Shown here: piece after piece, positions 34,704-46,059 of the stretch
Position numbering within the stretch: the stretch's first letter is position 1
Layout: each line of letters begins with the position of its first letter
Assembly: GCA_963727825.1 (NCBI GenBank)
Contig: CAVSHO010000014.1
Span: 32,001 to 96,000 of the forward strand
Origin: Ignavibacteriota bacterium
GTDB lineage: Bacteria; Bacteroidota; Ignavibacteria; UBA10030
Reading direction: 5' to 3'
DNA: 64,000 bases
Made by a program: the position numbers and the translations under genes
The notes under the pieces: model-generated
The model's input: the letters and a program-made list of their open reading frames with translations, nothing else
Databases searched by the model: none
Told to the model about the DNA's origin: nothing

Positions 34704-35408
34704 CTAATTATTTTTGAAGATCGAATTCCGCCAATCAATCAATTGTTCTATTGTCATAGCATTAGTGATACGATGATCGCCAATACGTGTTCTCCTCAGT
34801 GCTGTCAATGTTGCACCGCATCCAAGTCGCAGACCAAATTCATCAATCAAAGAACGAATATATGTTCCCTTTGAGCAAACGATACAAAAATCAATATATA
34901 AATCACGAATATCAACAATATCAAAGCTTAAAATATTTATTTCTCGCTCAACACGTTCTACTGCTTTTCCGGCTCGTGCATATTTGTATAACGGTTTCCC
35001 GCCATATTTTACTGCGGAGTACATCGGCGGCAACTGGAGTTGCTTGCCGATATAACTTTGAGCTATCTCTTTTATTTTCCGTTCGGTTATTGTAGAAGAA
35101 TCCCTCCATTCATGAGGCTCTGTTTCCGTGTCAAAACTTGGAGTGCGCACTCCAAGTTTACAAGTACCTGTATATTCTTTTTCTAGCCCGACAAATTGCT
35201 CAATAGTTTTTGTTTTCTTGCCTGTACAAACAATCAATAAACCGGTTGCGTTTGGGTCTAAAGTTCCAGCATGTCCCACTTTCCGCACATCAAAGAGCAC
35301 TCTTACTTTCTTAACAACATCAAAGGACGTCCAATCTAAAGGTTTGTCGATGAAAAGAACCACACCTTCAACTGAAAAATCATGTTGCAATAATTTCTCT
35401 TCACTCAT
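34704..35408 (-). CDS. truB: tRNA pseudouridine(55) synthase
   Basis: DKPLDWTSFDVV, GHAGTLDP, PPMYSA, CSKGTYIRSL. Confidence 0.97.
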   Translation of the reverse strand: MSEEKLLQHDFSVEGVVLFIDKPLDWTSFDVVKKVRVLFDVRKVGHAGTLDPNATGLLIVCTGKKTKTIEQFVGLEKEYTGTCKLGVRTPSFDTETEPHEWRDSSTITERKIKEIAQSYIGKQLQLPPMYSAVKYGGKPLYKYARAGKAVERVEREINILSFDIVDIRDLYIDFCIVCSKGTYIRSLIDEFGLRLGCGATLTALRRTRIGDHRITNAMTIEQLIDWRNSIFKNN

Positions 35409-35785
35409 GCATCAGCCGAATTTTTCTCTTCTTCTTTCTTTGAATCATTCTCATGAATTTTATTAAATATATTCTCAAGTTTCATTGCCCTATCCAGGGA
35501 TTCATCTAAATAAAAGATAATCTCAGGTGTAAAACGCAATCGCACTGCATGGCCGAGCATAGAGCGAATCGATGATTTTTGTGCTTCTAATTTGGTGAAG
35601 CTCTTTTTCTTTTGCTCTTCGTCTCCAAAAATACTTAAATAAACTTTTGCGACCTTAAGATCGGGACTCATTATTACATCTGTTACAGTTAAAAAACCGT
35701 AATCGTTCATGCTGAAGTTACGTTGAAACATTAAGCCCAATTCCTCTTTGATGAGCGATCCAACTTTTTCAGATCTAACAGACAC
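35405..35785 (-). CDS. rbfA: Ribosome-binding factor A
   Basis: TVTDVIMSPDLKVAKVYLS, LRFTPEIIFYLD; between infB and truB. Confidence 0.95.
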   Translation of the reverse strand: MSVRSEKVGSLIKEELGLMFQRNFSMNDYGFLTVTDVIMSPDLKVAKVYLSIFGDEEQKKKSFTKLEAQKSSIRSMLGHAVRLRFTPEIIFYLDESLDRAMKLENIFNKIHENDSKKEEEKNSADA

Positions 35786-35795
35786 ATTCTATCCT

Positions 35796-38482
35796 TTATT
35801 CCAATTTGCGTTTAGTTTCAACAGTTCTATATGCTTCAATAATATCGCCATTCTTGATATCGTTGAAGCTTTCAAGACTAATACCGCATTCAAACCCTTG
35901 TTCGACTTCTTTTACATCATCTTTGAACCGTTTCAGCGATGCAATAGTTCCGTCAAACACTTCGATGCCATCACGTACTAGGCGTACATGATTGTTCCGT
36001 ACAATTTTGCCATCTCTAACATAGCAACCAGCAATTGTTCCGATTTTAGATATTTTGAAGACATCTCGAACATCTACCGTTGCAGTAACTTCCTCTGTTA
36101 CAGTTGGAGCCAATAAACCTTCCAGAGCTTTCTTCACATCATTAATAGCATTATAAATGATATTATAGATTCTGATGTCAACATCTTCGTGTTGTGCTAA
36201 TTGACGCGCTTTGAGATTCGGACGTACATGGAATCCAATAATCACTGCACTGGATGCCATAGCGAGCAATACATCTGATTCAGAAATACCACCGACACCT
36301 TTATAGATGACTTGCACTTTGACTTCATCTGTCGAGAGTCTCATCAAAGAATCCGAAAGAGCTTCTGCTGAACCATCCACATCAGCTTTGACAATAACCG
36401 GTAGATCACGCACTTGCCCTTCTTTGATTTGTTGCGAAATATCATCCAATGTCACTCGTCTGTTTTGCCGGAAATCTTGTTCTCGTTTTAATTGCTGGCG
36501 TGTTAAACTAATTTCACGTGCTTGATGTTCGTCTTCAATGCCAACAAGATCATCACCCGCTTGTGGAATACCGTCAAAACCAACAACTTGGACAGGTTGC
36601 GATGGTTTAGCCGCTTCTACTCTTTGACCTCGCTCATCAAACATGGCTCTTACGCGTCCACTCCAAACGCCGCAAACAAATGAATCGCCAATACGCAGAG
36701 TACCTTTCTGTACTAAAATTGTCGCGATAATTCCTTTGCCCTTATCTAATTCAGCTTCTACAACAGTTCCGCGTGCTTCTCTATTTGGGTTTGCGCGAAG
36801 ATTCAACATCTCTGCTTCTAGTAGTATTTTTTCGAGGAGCAAATTAATATTGGTTCCTTTCTTAGCAGAAAGTTCGACTGCTTGATGCTTTCCCCCGTAT
36901 TCTTCAATCAGAATTCCGTGTTCGGCCAATTGTTGTTTTATCCGTTCAGGATTAGCTTCTACTTTATCAATTTTATTAATCGCAACAATTATCGGAACGT
37001 TTGCTGCTTGTGCATGACTTATGGCTTCTACGGTTTGAGGCATTACACTATCATCTGCAGCTACCACCAAAACAACAATATCCGTAACTTGTGCGCCTCT
37101 GGCACGCATTGCGGTGAATGCCTCGTGACCTGGTGTATCGAGAAACGTAATCTGTTTATTACTATCAACTGTGACTTCGTAAGCACCGATATGCTGTGTT
37201 ATTCCTCCTGCTTCACCAGCGACAACATTTGCACTTCTAATATGATCGAGCAACGATGTTTTGCCGTGATCGACGTGCCCCATAATCGTGACAACCGGTG
37301 CGCGCTGAATAAGTGTCTCTTCTTCATCTTCAATATCCGAAAGCGCTTCTGATGAAAACTCTTCTTCAAAATCCACTTGGAATCCAAACTCATCAGAAAC
37401 TAGAGTAATTGTATCTTTATCTAAACGCTGGTTGATGGAAACCATAATGCCAAGACCCATTACTTTTTGTATGACTTCAGCTACAGTTACCTGCATTAGA
37501 TTGGCAAGTTCACCAACAGTAACATATTCAGTTACTTTGATGCGCATCTTATCATGTTCAATTTGATCGAGTTTTTTCTGTTCTTCCTCTTCTCTCTTTT
37601 CTTTTTTCTTTCGTCTTATGGCTGCACGTGCAATCGCCAACTCGTCGCCTGACTCAGCAAGAGTTTCCCGAATTGCTTTTGCCACTTCATCTTCATTGAC
37701 CTCAGCACGTCGAACTCGTTTTCGTTTTCTTGATTTTGATTCTTCTTCATCTTCCGATTTGCCTGGTGCTGATTTAGTTTTCTTAATCTCATCACGAACT
37801 TTTTTCTTTTTCTTTTTTCTTTTCTCTTCTATATCCGGTTTTTGATTACCTCGAGCAGGCGTTAGATCTATCTTTCCTTTGATTGTTAATCCGCGCTGCG
37901 AACGCGCAACAACAGCTTCCAATGGAGTCTGCAATTGCTTTTTTGCCCGTCCTGCTGGTTTGTCTTTGCTTGGAGTCTCTCCTTTGGTTTCTCGGTTTTT
38001 GTTTCAACGACTGGCGATGGCGGTTCAGCTGATATTTCTGTAGTTACGACTTCTTTTTCAGGTTCAGGTATTTCTTTAACAGAAATTTCGATTGTCTCTG
38101 TTACTATCGGCTGTGGAATTTCTTTCACAGCATGAATCAATGGTTCCTCTATTGTGGGTTGCTGCGCTTCCTTTTGCACAGGAATATCTTCTTTTCCTGC
38201 GGCTTTCTTTTCAACTTTCTCAACTGTTTCTGTTTTTTCAGGAGTTTCCTTCTTCCGTGTAGAACGGAACTCTTGAATTTTACGTTGATGCCTCTCTGCA
38301 ACTTCCTTGTCTTTCTTAAAATGGCCCATAATAACAGGCATCATATCCTCGGTCACAGAGGACATGTGTGACTTCACATCGAAGCCTTTCTTTTTAAGGA
38401 AGTCAATGATTGTTTCGCTTGAAAGATTTAATTCTTTCGCGAGGTTGAAGATCTTCATTTTTTTAAAGCTCTGTTCAGACAT
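35796..38482 (-). CDS. infB: Translation initiation factor IF-2, split by one frameshift in the N-terminal linker (about 37890-38000)
   Basis: IF2-N IFNLAKEL in the 5' ORF; GHVDHGKT, GGITQHIG, DTPGH, NKID and LKRFKDDV in the 3' ORF. Confidence 0.94.
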
Positions 38483-38520
38483 TCTGATCTTCTTTCGTTA
38501 TACACGAAATAAGTGTTTTT

Positions 38521-39918
38521 TTACTCGCCTTCCGGCTTAGTTTCTTCTGTCTTTATTATTTCTGGTTCTTCGTGCGCTTTTAAGTCTGAGGAAATTTCCT
38601 CTTTTTCAGTCTTCTCTTCTTTATCTGTTCCATCGATCTCTGCAAGTAAAGTATCCGTTTCCTCGTCGATTTCTACTTCTGCTTCTTCAAAGCCCTTCTT
38701 CAACATTGCAATAATCTCGTCCACTTTTTCCGGTTCTATCCCAAGTGTATTAACCAGATCTTCTTTTGGCGTCTTTATGATATCACGCACTGATTTATAA
38801 TTCTCATCAAAGAATTTATGGAAGAGCACATCGCCAAGTTCTTCACGGAATTCCGATAAATCCATGTCGTATTCCTCTTCTTCACCGCCTTCTTTTTGCA
38901 CATTCAACTCAAATCCCGTCAACTTAGAGGCTAAACGAACATTCTGTCCGCCTTTGCCTATGGCAAGAGAAACCTGATCGTTGGCAACATTTATCACTGC
39001 TTTTTTATTTTCCTTGTCCATCTGAATTTCTTTAAGTTTAGCCGGTGCAAGTGCACGTTGGATAAACACTAAAGGATCTTCAGAATAATTAATTACATCG
39101 ATATTCTCGTTATTCAATTCTCTAACGATTGCATGAATACGCACACCCTTCATTCCAACGCATGCTCCGACGGCATCAATACGCTCGTCGTGTGAAAGCA
39201 CTGCTACTTTAGCTCTATCTCCCGGTTCACGTGCAATTCTCTTAATTTCAATAATACCATCATAGACTTCGGGAATTTCAATCTCAAATAACCTCATAAG
39301 AAAGGCAGGATCTGTCCGAGATATAACAACCGTTGGATTACCTGCTCCTTTGCGAACTTCTTTCACGATAGCTCGGATTGTATCACCTTTTTTATAGCGT
39401 TCTTTGTAAATTTGTTCATTCCTGGGCAGAAGCAATTCATTCTTATTATGAATGACAAGAATTTCACCTTTGCCTTTGCGAATCTGATAAATCTCACCTA
39501 CAACAATTTCTCCGATTGAATTAGAGTATTCATTAAATATCGCCTCGCGTTCGATCTCTTTGATACGCTGATTTAAGTTTTGTTTTGCACTTATCACAAG
39601 ACGACGGCCGAAGTCCTCTAATGGAACGATTTCGACGAACTCTTCTCCAGTGGCTAAACTATCTCCAGATTTTTTTTGTGCATCTTCAACAGAAATCTGT
39701 GTTGATGGATCTTCTACCACCTCTACGACTTCTTTTTCAAGATAAATTTCGATGTCACCTTTATCCATATTGACGACAACATCATATTTTACATTAGGCC
39801 CATACTTCTTCTTCACCATCATCCCAAAAATATCTTCCACAATCCCAATAAGGATATCTTTGTCGATGCCTTTTTCGCGAGCCATCTGTGCAAATGATTC
39901 AACAATTTCGTGATTCAT
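38521..39918 (-). CDS. nusA: Transcription termination/antitermination factor NusA
   Basis: FGRR, EIPEVYDG, AREPGDRAKVAV, GACVGMKG, SLAIGKGGQNVRLA. Confidence 0.97.
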   Translation of the reverse strand: MNHEIVESFAQMAREKGIDKDILIGIVEDIFGMMVKKKYGPNVKYDVVVNMDKGDIEIYLEKEVVEVVEDPSTQISVEDAQKKSGDSLATGEEFVEIVPLEDFGRRLVISAKQNLNQRIKEIEREAIFNEYSNSIGEIVVGEIYQIRKGKGEILVIHNKNELLLPRNEQIYKERYKKGDTIRAIVKEVRKGAGNPTVVISRTDPAFLMRLFEIEIPEVYDGIIEIKRIAREPGDRAKVAVLSHDERIDAVGACVGMKGVRIHAIVRELNNENIDVINYSEDPLVFIQRALAPAKLKEIQMDKENKKAVINVANDQVSLAIGKGGQNVRLASKLTGFELNVQKEGGEEEEYDMDLSEFREELGDVLFHKFFDENYKSVRDIIKTPKEDLVNTLGIEPEKVDEIIAMLKKGFEEAEVEIDEETDTLLAEIDGTDKEEKTEKEEISSDLKAHEEPEIIKTEETKPEGE

Positions 39919-39953
39919 CTTACCTCCATGCTACAGAGCATTCATTCTGTGGA

Positions 39954-40403
39954 CTACCAGGGAAGCTCTTCAATTGATTCAATAATCTCATTAAAGGAAA
40001 TTTTACAAGTTTCTCCATTTTTAGTGATAAAAGTTAAAATATCACCTTCTATTTCACTAAGCGTACCGTTAATCTCTTCAATTCCGACGTCTTTTCGATA
40101 ATGCACGAGGAATTTTCTTCCTATATTTTTACGATATTGCCTTAACAACCTAAGCGGTTTCGTTAAATCAGGAGAAGACACTTCCAATATATATGAATTT
40201 GGAATAATATTTTGAAGTTCAAGCGTTTCTCCTATTTTTCGATTCAGTTCAGTACATTGACTAACCGTAATTCCTGAATCAGTATCTACAAAAAGCTGCA
40301 ATACTTTTCGCTGCTCACCCTGTATATTAATATCAACGATGAATGCATCGATTGTGTTAAGAAAGGGTTTCGCTATTTCTTCAATCTTTTGCTGTAAATC
40401 CAT
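39954..40403 (-). CDS. rimP: Ribosome maturation factor RimP
   Basis: FVD..GI...C, YILEVSSPDLTKPL; first gene of the nusA-infB operon. Confidence 0.93.
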   Translation of the reverse strand: MDLQQKIEEIAKPFLNTIDAFIVDINIQGEQRKVLQLFVDTDSGITVSQCTELNRKIGETLELQNIIPNSYILEVSSPDLTKPLRLLRQYRKNIGRKFLVHYRKDVGIEEINGTLSEIEGDILTFITKNGETCKISFNEIIESIEELPW

Positions 40404-40417
40404 CAATTCAGGATTCC

Positions 40418-40447
40418 AAAAAAAATAGCCCGTCTACCTCGGGCTAT
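40418..40447 (-). terminator. rimP leader attenuator-like intrinsic terminator
   Basis: ATAGCCCG-AGGTAGA-CGGGCTAT followed by a T run, between the promoter and the rimP start. Confidence 0.7.
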
Positions 40448-40464
40448 CTACATCTGCTGTTTAT

Positions 40465-40493
40465 AATATACACAATGGCTTTTGAAGAAGCAA
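40465..40493 (-). promoter_or_regulatory. Putative sigma70 promoter of the rimP-nusA-infB operon
   Basis: TTGCTT-17 nt-TATATT. Confidence 0.6.
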
Positions 40494-40531
40494 GAAAATT
40501 TGCTGTTTATAGGTTTTGCCTCTACAGTAAT

Positions 40532-41260
40532 TTAAAAATTAGTAATCATTACATTTTTCTTGTAGAAATCCTCAATAATTGTAGCCGCCTCGACCGGATC
40601 ATCAGTAACATGAAATATATCTATATCTTCGGGAGAAATCATTTTTTCCTGAACGACCGTTGTTTTAATCCAATCGACAAGGCCTTTCCAGTAATCAGAG
40701 CCCATAAGGACAATCGGAAACGCTTTTGTTTTTTGGGTCTGAACAAGTGTCATTGCTTCAAAGAATTCATCTAACGTACCAAATCCTCCAGGCATTACTA
40801 TAAATCCATGGGCGTATTTAACAAACATCACTTTTCGCACGAAGAAATGTCTAAAAGTTTGCAATCTACCGCGATCAATATACTTATTCGCGTCTTCTTC
40901 ATGCGGCAGCTCTATAGCGACGCCGACAGAATCCCCTTTCTGCTCTTGTGCTCCTTTATTTGCCGCTTCCATAATACCTGGACCACCGCCTGTGAGCACA
41001 TTGAACCCATGCTTGACGAGTTCCTTAGCTACCTGAACAGCCAGCTGGTAATATCGCGAATCCGGTTTTAATCGAGCAGAGCCAAATATAGAAACGAGAT
41101 TTTTTTGTCTCGCCATCAAGGTGAATCCATCAACAAATTCTGCCATAACACGAAATATACGCCATACATCATCCTGCGCTGCGAGGAGCCCCCTGAGCTG
41201 TTGATCTTGTTGTGCGTCATAATCTGTTCGAGTCTGATGGTTCAAATTGTTATTTTCCAT
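40532..41260 (-). CDS. LOG family (TIGR00730) nucleotide-binding protein
   Basis: SIFGSAR, TGGGPGIMEAANKGA, FFVRKVMF, PGGFGTLDE. Confidence 0.93.
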   Translation of the reverse strand: MENNNLNHQTRTDYDAQQDQQLRGLLAAQDDVWRIFRVMAEFVDGFTLMARQKNLVSIFGSARLKPDSRYYQLAVQVAKELVKHGFNVLTGGGPGIMEAANKGAQEQKGDSVGVAIELPHEEDANKYIDRGRLQTFRHFFVRKVMFVKYAHGFIVMPGGFGTLDEFFEAMTLVQTQKTKAFPIVLMGSDYWKGLVDWIKTTVVQEKMISPEDIDIFHVTDDPVEAATIIEDFYKKNVMITNF

Positions 41261-41272
41261 ATTCTTCTCCTT

Positions 41273-42307
41273 CTAATTTCTAAAAAGTGATTTCATCATT
41301 TCCGAGGCTATTATAATTTGTTCCTTACTGATATCTAGATGTGTAACCGCTCGAAGAGTAGAAATACCCATTTCCGAAATAAGAACACCTTTGGCTTTCA
41401 ATTTGGAGATAAGCTCTTCGGCGCTCTCCGATCTGCCACTAATATTGAGGATGATAATATTTGTTTGTACAGATTTTAAGTCAAGATCAATGCCAGGGAG
41501 ATTGCTTAATTCTTTTGCTAACCACTTTGCCTTATCGTGATCTTCCTTCAAACGTTCATAATTGTGATCAAGTGCAAATAATGCTCCAGCTGCAAGAATT
41601 CCAACTTGACGCATACCACCGCCGAATATTTTTCGATATTTTCGTGCCGATTCGATTTTCTCGCGTGTTCCAGTTAAAGCGGAGCCAACCGGAGCTCCCA
41701 ACCCTTTTGAAAAACAAACCGAGACAGTATCAAAGAAACGAGCATATTCTTTCGGAGCAATGCCCGTTGCAATAGAGGCATTCCAAAGACGAGCACCATC
41801 AAGATGAAGGGCAAGTTTCCTATTTCTCGCCAAGTTATGTATTTTCTGAATTTCTTCAAGCGGATAAATTGTTCCGCCTGCCTTGTTGTGAGTATTTTCA
41901 AGACAGACAAGTGAAGTTTTCGGGTTGTAATAGATCTTTGAACGGATTGCTTGAGCTACCTGTTCTACGTTTAAGATTCCATTGTTTCCTTTGACTGTAC
42001 ACAATTGCACATTGGAAAGAAATGCAGCTCCAGCTGTTTCATAGTTAAAGATATGCGATTCGCTTTCAACGATGACTTCATCACCCGGTTGAGTATGCAC
42101 TTTAAGAGCAAGTTGATTTGCCATCACTCCAGATGGCACGAAGAGCGCCGCTTCTTTGCCAAGGATTTCAGCTACTCTTTCCTGCAAACAATTTACTGTC
42201 GGATCTTCACCATACACATCATCGCCAACTTCAGCAGTAAGCATCGCTTCTCGCATTTCTCGGGAAGGTTTGGTTACCGTATCACTTCGCAAATCGATTA
42301 TTTCCAT
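41273..42307 (-). CDS. ltaE: Low-specificity L-threonine aldolase
   Basis: [38 protein letters not shown]. Confidence 0.95.
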   Translation of the reverse strand: MEIIDLRSDTVTKPSREMREAMLTAEVGDDVYGEDPTVNCLQERVAEILGKEAALFVPSGVMANQLALKVHTQPGDEVIVESESHIFNYETAGAAFLSNVQLCTVKGNNGILNVEQVAQAIRSKIYYNPKTSLVCLENTHNKAGGTIYPLEEIQKIHNLARNRKLALHLDGARLWNASIATGIAPKEYARFFDTVSVCFSKGLGAPVGSALTGTREKIESARKYRKIFGGGMRQVGILAAGALFALDHNYERLKEDHDKAKWLAKELSNLPGIDLDLKSVQTNIIILNISGRSESAEELISKLKAKGVLISEMGISTLRAVTHLDISKEQIIIASEMMKSLFRN

Positions 42308-42308
42308 A

Positions 42309-43970
42309 TTAATTCCTTTTTAATTTATTTTTAAAAAGCACTGTAATAAGCAGCATTGATGAAATTGCAAGACAAATTTTGGCTACAACATCGCCGTATT
42401 TTACATAGAATGTCTCGTCTGATAATAAGCCAATATCTGCAATAAATTTAGTATTTGTGTACAAATTCGTTGTTAATTGTCTTTTACCTGTAGGATCAAC
42501 AACCATGGAAATTCCGCCATTTGCACATTGAACTATCCAGCGGCGCGTCTCAACTGCCCTTAAGGATGCAAACGCGGCATGCTGATATGCACCAGATGTA
42601 TTGCCCCACCAACTATCATTTGTTATAATAACCAAAAAGTTTGCGCCACGCTTCACAAATTCTCTTACATAATTCGGATAGACAGATTCATAACAAATCA
42701 TTCCAGAGAATTTTGTTTGACGACCATCTTTCAAATGAAATGAATATACAATAGTATCCGCACCTTTTCCCCAGCTTGAAATGCCCACATTCCATTTTAA
42801 CGGTTCGATAAGCCAGCGAAATGTTTCGGCGTACGGAATACGTTCTGCAAATGGAACCAAGATTGACTTCTTATGAATTTGATCGATTATGCGATTGGGT
42901 TGAATTAAAACTGCAGAGTTGTATGATTCAATATATGAATTTGATGCTCCAATTCTTTCAGCAGTTGCGGGTGCATGCAACGAATCGAAAAATTCCGCTG
43001 TTGGAAGTCCAGTAAATATTGGAAGTCTCAGTGTATCAGAAAGCGAAAGAAGTTCTGAAAGAAAGAGAGAATATCGCGGCAATAGTATATGAAATGGAAT
43101 AGCTGTCTCCGGCCAGAATACAATGTCCGGTTTGGATTTGGAAAGTTGCTTTGTCTCATCAAAGTAATAATTGAGTTGATGAAAATAGGATTCCCATTTA
43201 TCGCTGTAACTTCCACCCCATTTATCCCACGGATCAAAGTTTGGCTGAATGACGCCAATAGATATTTTGTTTCCTGAATCCACTGATTTATTTCCAATAA
43301 CATACGTACCATAAAGAGCAGACCCAAAATACAGAACAACCAGTACTGACACTAAAGACAGGACTTTTCTGGATCGAAATTCCCATTTGCCACTTGCTTG
43401 ATTCACTATTAGCAGGAATGCTATAATGTTGAATGCAAAGATCAGAAGTGTTAATCCATATACAGAGGAATATTCAACAATTTGGATTCGATTGAGATCA
43501 TAAGCTTGACTATTTCCAATTGTGAGCCACGGAAATGAATATTCCCCCAGCGAATGAAGATACTCAAACGAAGTCCAGAACAAGGCAAATGCAATTAATC
43601 CATGAATAAGTCCAAGTCTTTTCTTGACAACAAATGCAAACAGGACTATCGGTAAGAAAAATATCGGGTGGATAAAAACGACTGCAGTGCCTGCCGTCAT
43701 CATCCAAATATCTTTTCCAACAACAAATCCTCCTGTCCAATACACTGTGATTAAATGAAATATTAGCAGGAATAAATATGAATATTTTACGATTTGGTAG
43801 AATGATTCTAATCTAGCGAAAAGAAAAAACATTGGGATGAATGCAACATACGCCAGTGAATAGAATGGAGATGGAGGGAAAGAAAAACCGAGAAGGATTC
43901 CAGAAGCAACTGCAAGACCTACATTTAACCACAATTGTTTAGGAGTTTGATTTGATTTTGAATCCTTCAT
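42309..43970 (-). CDS. lnt: Apolipoprotein N-acyltransferase
   Basis: FPW..G, catalytic WPE, K..LVPFAE, ICYES; TNDSWWG. Confidence 0.95.
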   Translation of the reverse strand: MKDSKSNQTPKQLWLNVGLAVASGILLGFSFPPSPFYSLAYVAFIPMFFLFARLESFYQIVKYSYLFLLIFHLITVYWTGGFVVGKDIWMMTAGTAVVFIHPIFFLPIVLFAFVVKKRLGLIHGLIAFALFWTSFEYLHSLGEYSFPWLTIGNSQAYDLNRIQIVEYSSVYGLTLLIFAFNIIAFLLIVNQASGKWEFRSRKVLSLVSVLVVLYFGSALYGTYVIGNKSVDSGNKISIGVIQPNFDPWDKWGGSYSDKWESYFHQLNYYFDETKQLSKSKPDIVFWPETAIPFHILLPRYSLFLSELLSLSDTLRLPIFTGLPTAEFFDSLHAPATAERIGASNSYIESYNSAVLIQPNRIIDQIHKKSILVPFAERIPYAETFRWLIEPLKWNVGISSWGKGADTIVYSFHLKDGRQTKFSGMICYESVYPNYVREFVKRGANFLVIITNDSWWGNTSGAYQHAAFASLRAVETRRWIVQCANGGISMVVDPTGKRQLTTNLYTNTKFIADIGLLSDETFYVKYGDVVAKICLAISSMLLITVLFKNKLKRN

Positions 43971-43984
43971 CAAATACTTTCTTA

Positions 43985-44560
43985 TTACACTTTTCTTTGT
44001 CTAAAGCCATACCAAAGTTCTTCTAACGCGATAAAGATTAAAAGCACGATTCCAGCGCAAAATAATCCGATAACTGCGCCACCGATCACATCAGATGGGT
44101 AATGTACACCAACATACACGCGCGAAAATGCAACAATTGCTGCAAGTCCAAAGAACCACCATTTACAGCGCGGAAAAAAGAAAGCCAGTATAAGAGCGCC
44201 TGCAAAATTATTGACGGCGTGCGAAGACGGAAATGAAAATCCACTTCCACAACTAACTAGTAGATGAACATTTTGCAGTGCAAAACATGGTCGTGGACGT
44301 ACCAGCAAATACTTGATCACAGAACTGCTTAATTGATCACTTATAATAATGGTAATAATGAGAAGGATTGCCGCTATTCTAACATGACGTTTTCCACGAA
44401 TAAGCATCCAGAGAAGAATTAAAGCAACGAAGACCAAAACGATGCGTTGCTTGTTCAAATCTGTGATGAACGGCATTAAGAAGTCGAATACCGGATTACA
44501 CAATGAAGTATTAAGAAAGTGAAATAATGTAATATCAAGAGAATTGAGAAAATTGACCAC
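43985..44560 (-). CDS. PAP2 family membrane phosphatase
   Basis: K..RPRP, SFPSSH, SRVYVGVHYPSDV. Confidence 0.93.
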   Translation of the reverse strand: MVNFLNSLDITLFHFLNTSLCNPVFDFLMPFITDLNKQRIVLVFVALILLWMLIRGKRHVRIAAILLIITIIISDQLSSSVIKYLLVRPRPCFALQNVHLLVSCGSGFSFPSSHAVNNFAGALILAFFFPRCKWWFFGLAAIVAFSRVYVGVHYPSDVIGGAVIGLFCAGIVLLIFIALEELWYGFRQRKV

Positions 44561-44632
44561 TAGTTTAACTATAATTTAATTATTCTGTTGTAAGTGAAAA
44601 TATATATTGGATATAGACAATTATTTGATATC

Positions 44633-45139
44633 TCACTCATTTTTTTTTTGCAGAATGGAAGCAATTGCAAAAGCTGCACAACCTTCTTCCCTACCAAAGG
44701 ATCCAAGACCTTCGTGAGTAGTAGCTTTAATGGAAATTAATTGAGGCGAGACATTGAGTGCTTTTCCAATGCGCTGGCGCATCGCAGCAACGTATTTTGC
44801 TATTTTTGGCTTTTCGAGAATTACAGTAGAATCAATATTATTAATCTCCCATCCACTTTTCTGAATCATTATTCCTACCCGTTTGAGAAGCTTAAGACTT
44901 GAGATATTATGATATTCTTTATTAGTATCAGGAAAATGTTTTCCGATATCACCCAAAGCAGCTGCTCCAAGAAGTGCGTCACAAATAGCGTGGAGCAAAA
45001 CATCCGCGTCAGAATGTCCTAAGAGTCCAATATCAGATGGAATGTGAACGCCGCCTAAGACAAGCTTTCGTCCTTGCATTAAACGGTGAACATCATAACC
45101 CAATCCAAATCGAATTATTTCTCTTTTTTGTATCAGCAT
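44633..45139 (-). CDS. ispF: 2-C-methyl-D-erythritol 2,4-cyclodiphosphate synthase
   Basis: GYDVH, GHSDADV, GDIGKHFP, KATTHEGLG. Confidence 0.97.
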   Translation of the reverse strand: MLIQKREIIRFGLGYDVHRLMQGRKLVLGGVHIPSDIGLLGHSDADVLLHAICDALLGAAALGDIGKHFPDTNKEYHNISSLKLLKRVGIMIQKSGWEINNIDSTVILEKPKIAKYVAAMRQRIGKALNVSPQLISIKATTHEGLGSFGREEGCAAFAIASILQKKNE

Positions 45140-45157
45140 CAAGAAATATTATCTCAT

Positions 45158-45430
45158 TTACTGTATGTCAAAACTTCTATAAGTTTTTATGCATTCAAGC
45201 CATTCTATTTTCAAATTTTTTACATGAGCTACACGCGGACCAACTTTCACTTCTTTAATAAATTCTTCAATTAATGAGCGATCTCCTTCGATTTCGATTT
45301 CCACCTCTCCTGAAAATATATTTTTCACATACCCAACAAGTCCGAAATTTATTGCCCGATTGAAGACAAAGTAGCGATATCCAACACCTTGAACTATTCC
45401 ACTCACTAATAAATGTGCTCGAATTTCCAT
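45158..45430 (-). CDS. acyP: Acylphosphatase
   Basis: VSGIVQGVGYRYF, GYVKN..GEVE, GP. Confidence 0.93.
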   Translation of the reverse strand: MEIRAHLLVSGIVQGVGYRYFVFNRAINFGLVGYVKNIFSGEVEIEIEGDRSLIEEFIKEVKVGPRVAHVKNLKIEWLECIKTYRSFDIQ

Positions 45431-45480
45431 AGTTTATGCCAAATTACGATGAATGCATTTGACATGCAATAAAGTCAAGC

Positions 45481-45515
45481 AAAAGAAAAAGGGACAGCTG
45501 AATGCCGTCCCTTTT
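45481..45515 (-). terminator. Intrinsic terminator after the tRNA pair
   Basis: AAAAGGGACGGC-ATTCA-GCTGTCCCTTTTTCTTTT on the minus strand. Confidence 0.8.
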
Positions 45516-45520
45516 GTAAG

Positions 45521-45604
45521 TGCCCGGAGCGAGACTTGAACTCGCATGCCCTTACGGGCGCCACCCCCTCAAGATGGTGTGTCTGCCAGTTCCACCATCC
45601 GGGC
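45521..45604 (-). tRNA. tRNA-Leu (GAG)
   Basis: GCCCGGA/TCCGGGC acceptor, anticodon arm CCATC-TTGAGGG-GGTGG, long variable arm, TTCAAGT T-loop; CCA not encoded. Confidence 0.96.
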
Positions 45605-45613
45605 AAAGAAACG

Positions 45614-45685
45614 TGAGCGTGGGTGGGCTCGAACCACCGACCCTCTGCTTAAAAGGCAGATGCTCTACCCCTGAGCTACACACTC
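45614..45685 (-). tRNA. tRNA-Lys (TTT)
   Basis: GAGTGTG/CACGCTC acceptor, TCTGC-CTTTTAA-GCAGA anticodon arm, TTCGAGC T-loop. Confidence 0.96.
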
Positions 45686-45768
45686 GCACATTTCATAAAT
45701 CATTCGCCAATCGCATTTATACTGTTCGTTATCGAACAAGCATAATATAAGAAATAGAGCGCCGAAAT

Positions 45769-46059
45769 TCAATGTGAATTTGCTGAATTTGTCTCTGCCG
45801 TTTTTACGATATCTTCTGTTTTCGTTTTTTTGCGAAAGAGAATTCCCGTTGGTATAACTATACAATAACCCACTACTAACAAAATTGGAGCAACCACAAG
45901 TGGCATTGTTCCGTTCCATGGATCTTGCGCAAGAGCTATATAGCCAAGTATTATACATATTATCCCTGCGCCAAGAATTTGATAATTTATTTTTGTAAAC
46001 GGAAGCCCAATACCGAATACTTTTTGTTTTGTAGTTGTATGTTTTTCCACTCGAACCAT
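45769..46059 (-). CDS. DUF3098-like small membrane protein
   Basis: LPFTKINY..LG.G...IILGY...VAPILLVVGY; GGAG RBS. Confidence 0.8.
   Translation of the reverse strand: MVRVEKHTTTKQKVFGIGLPFTKINYQILGAGIICIILGYIALAQDPWNGTMPLVVAPILLVVGYCIVIPTGILFRKKTKTEDIVKTAETNSANSH

Noticed and set aside
37938-37945. A-AAA-AAG as a programmed -1 frameshift site in infB
   Set aside because: The heptamer is phased in the downstream frame (GCA AAA AAG), not the incoming frame (CAA AAA AGC), so it does not fit tandem slippage
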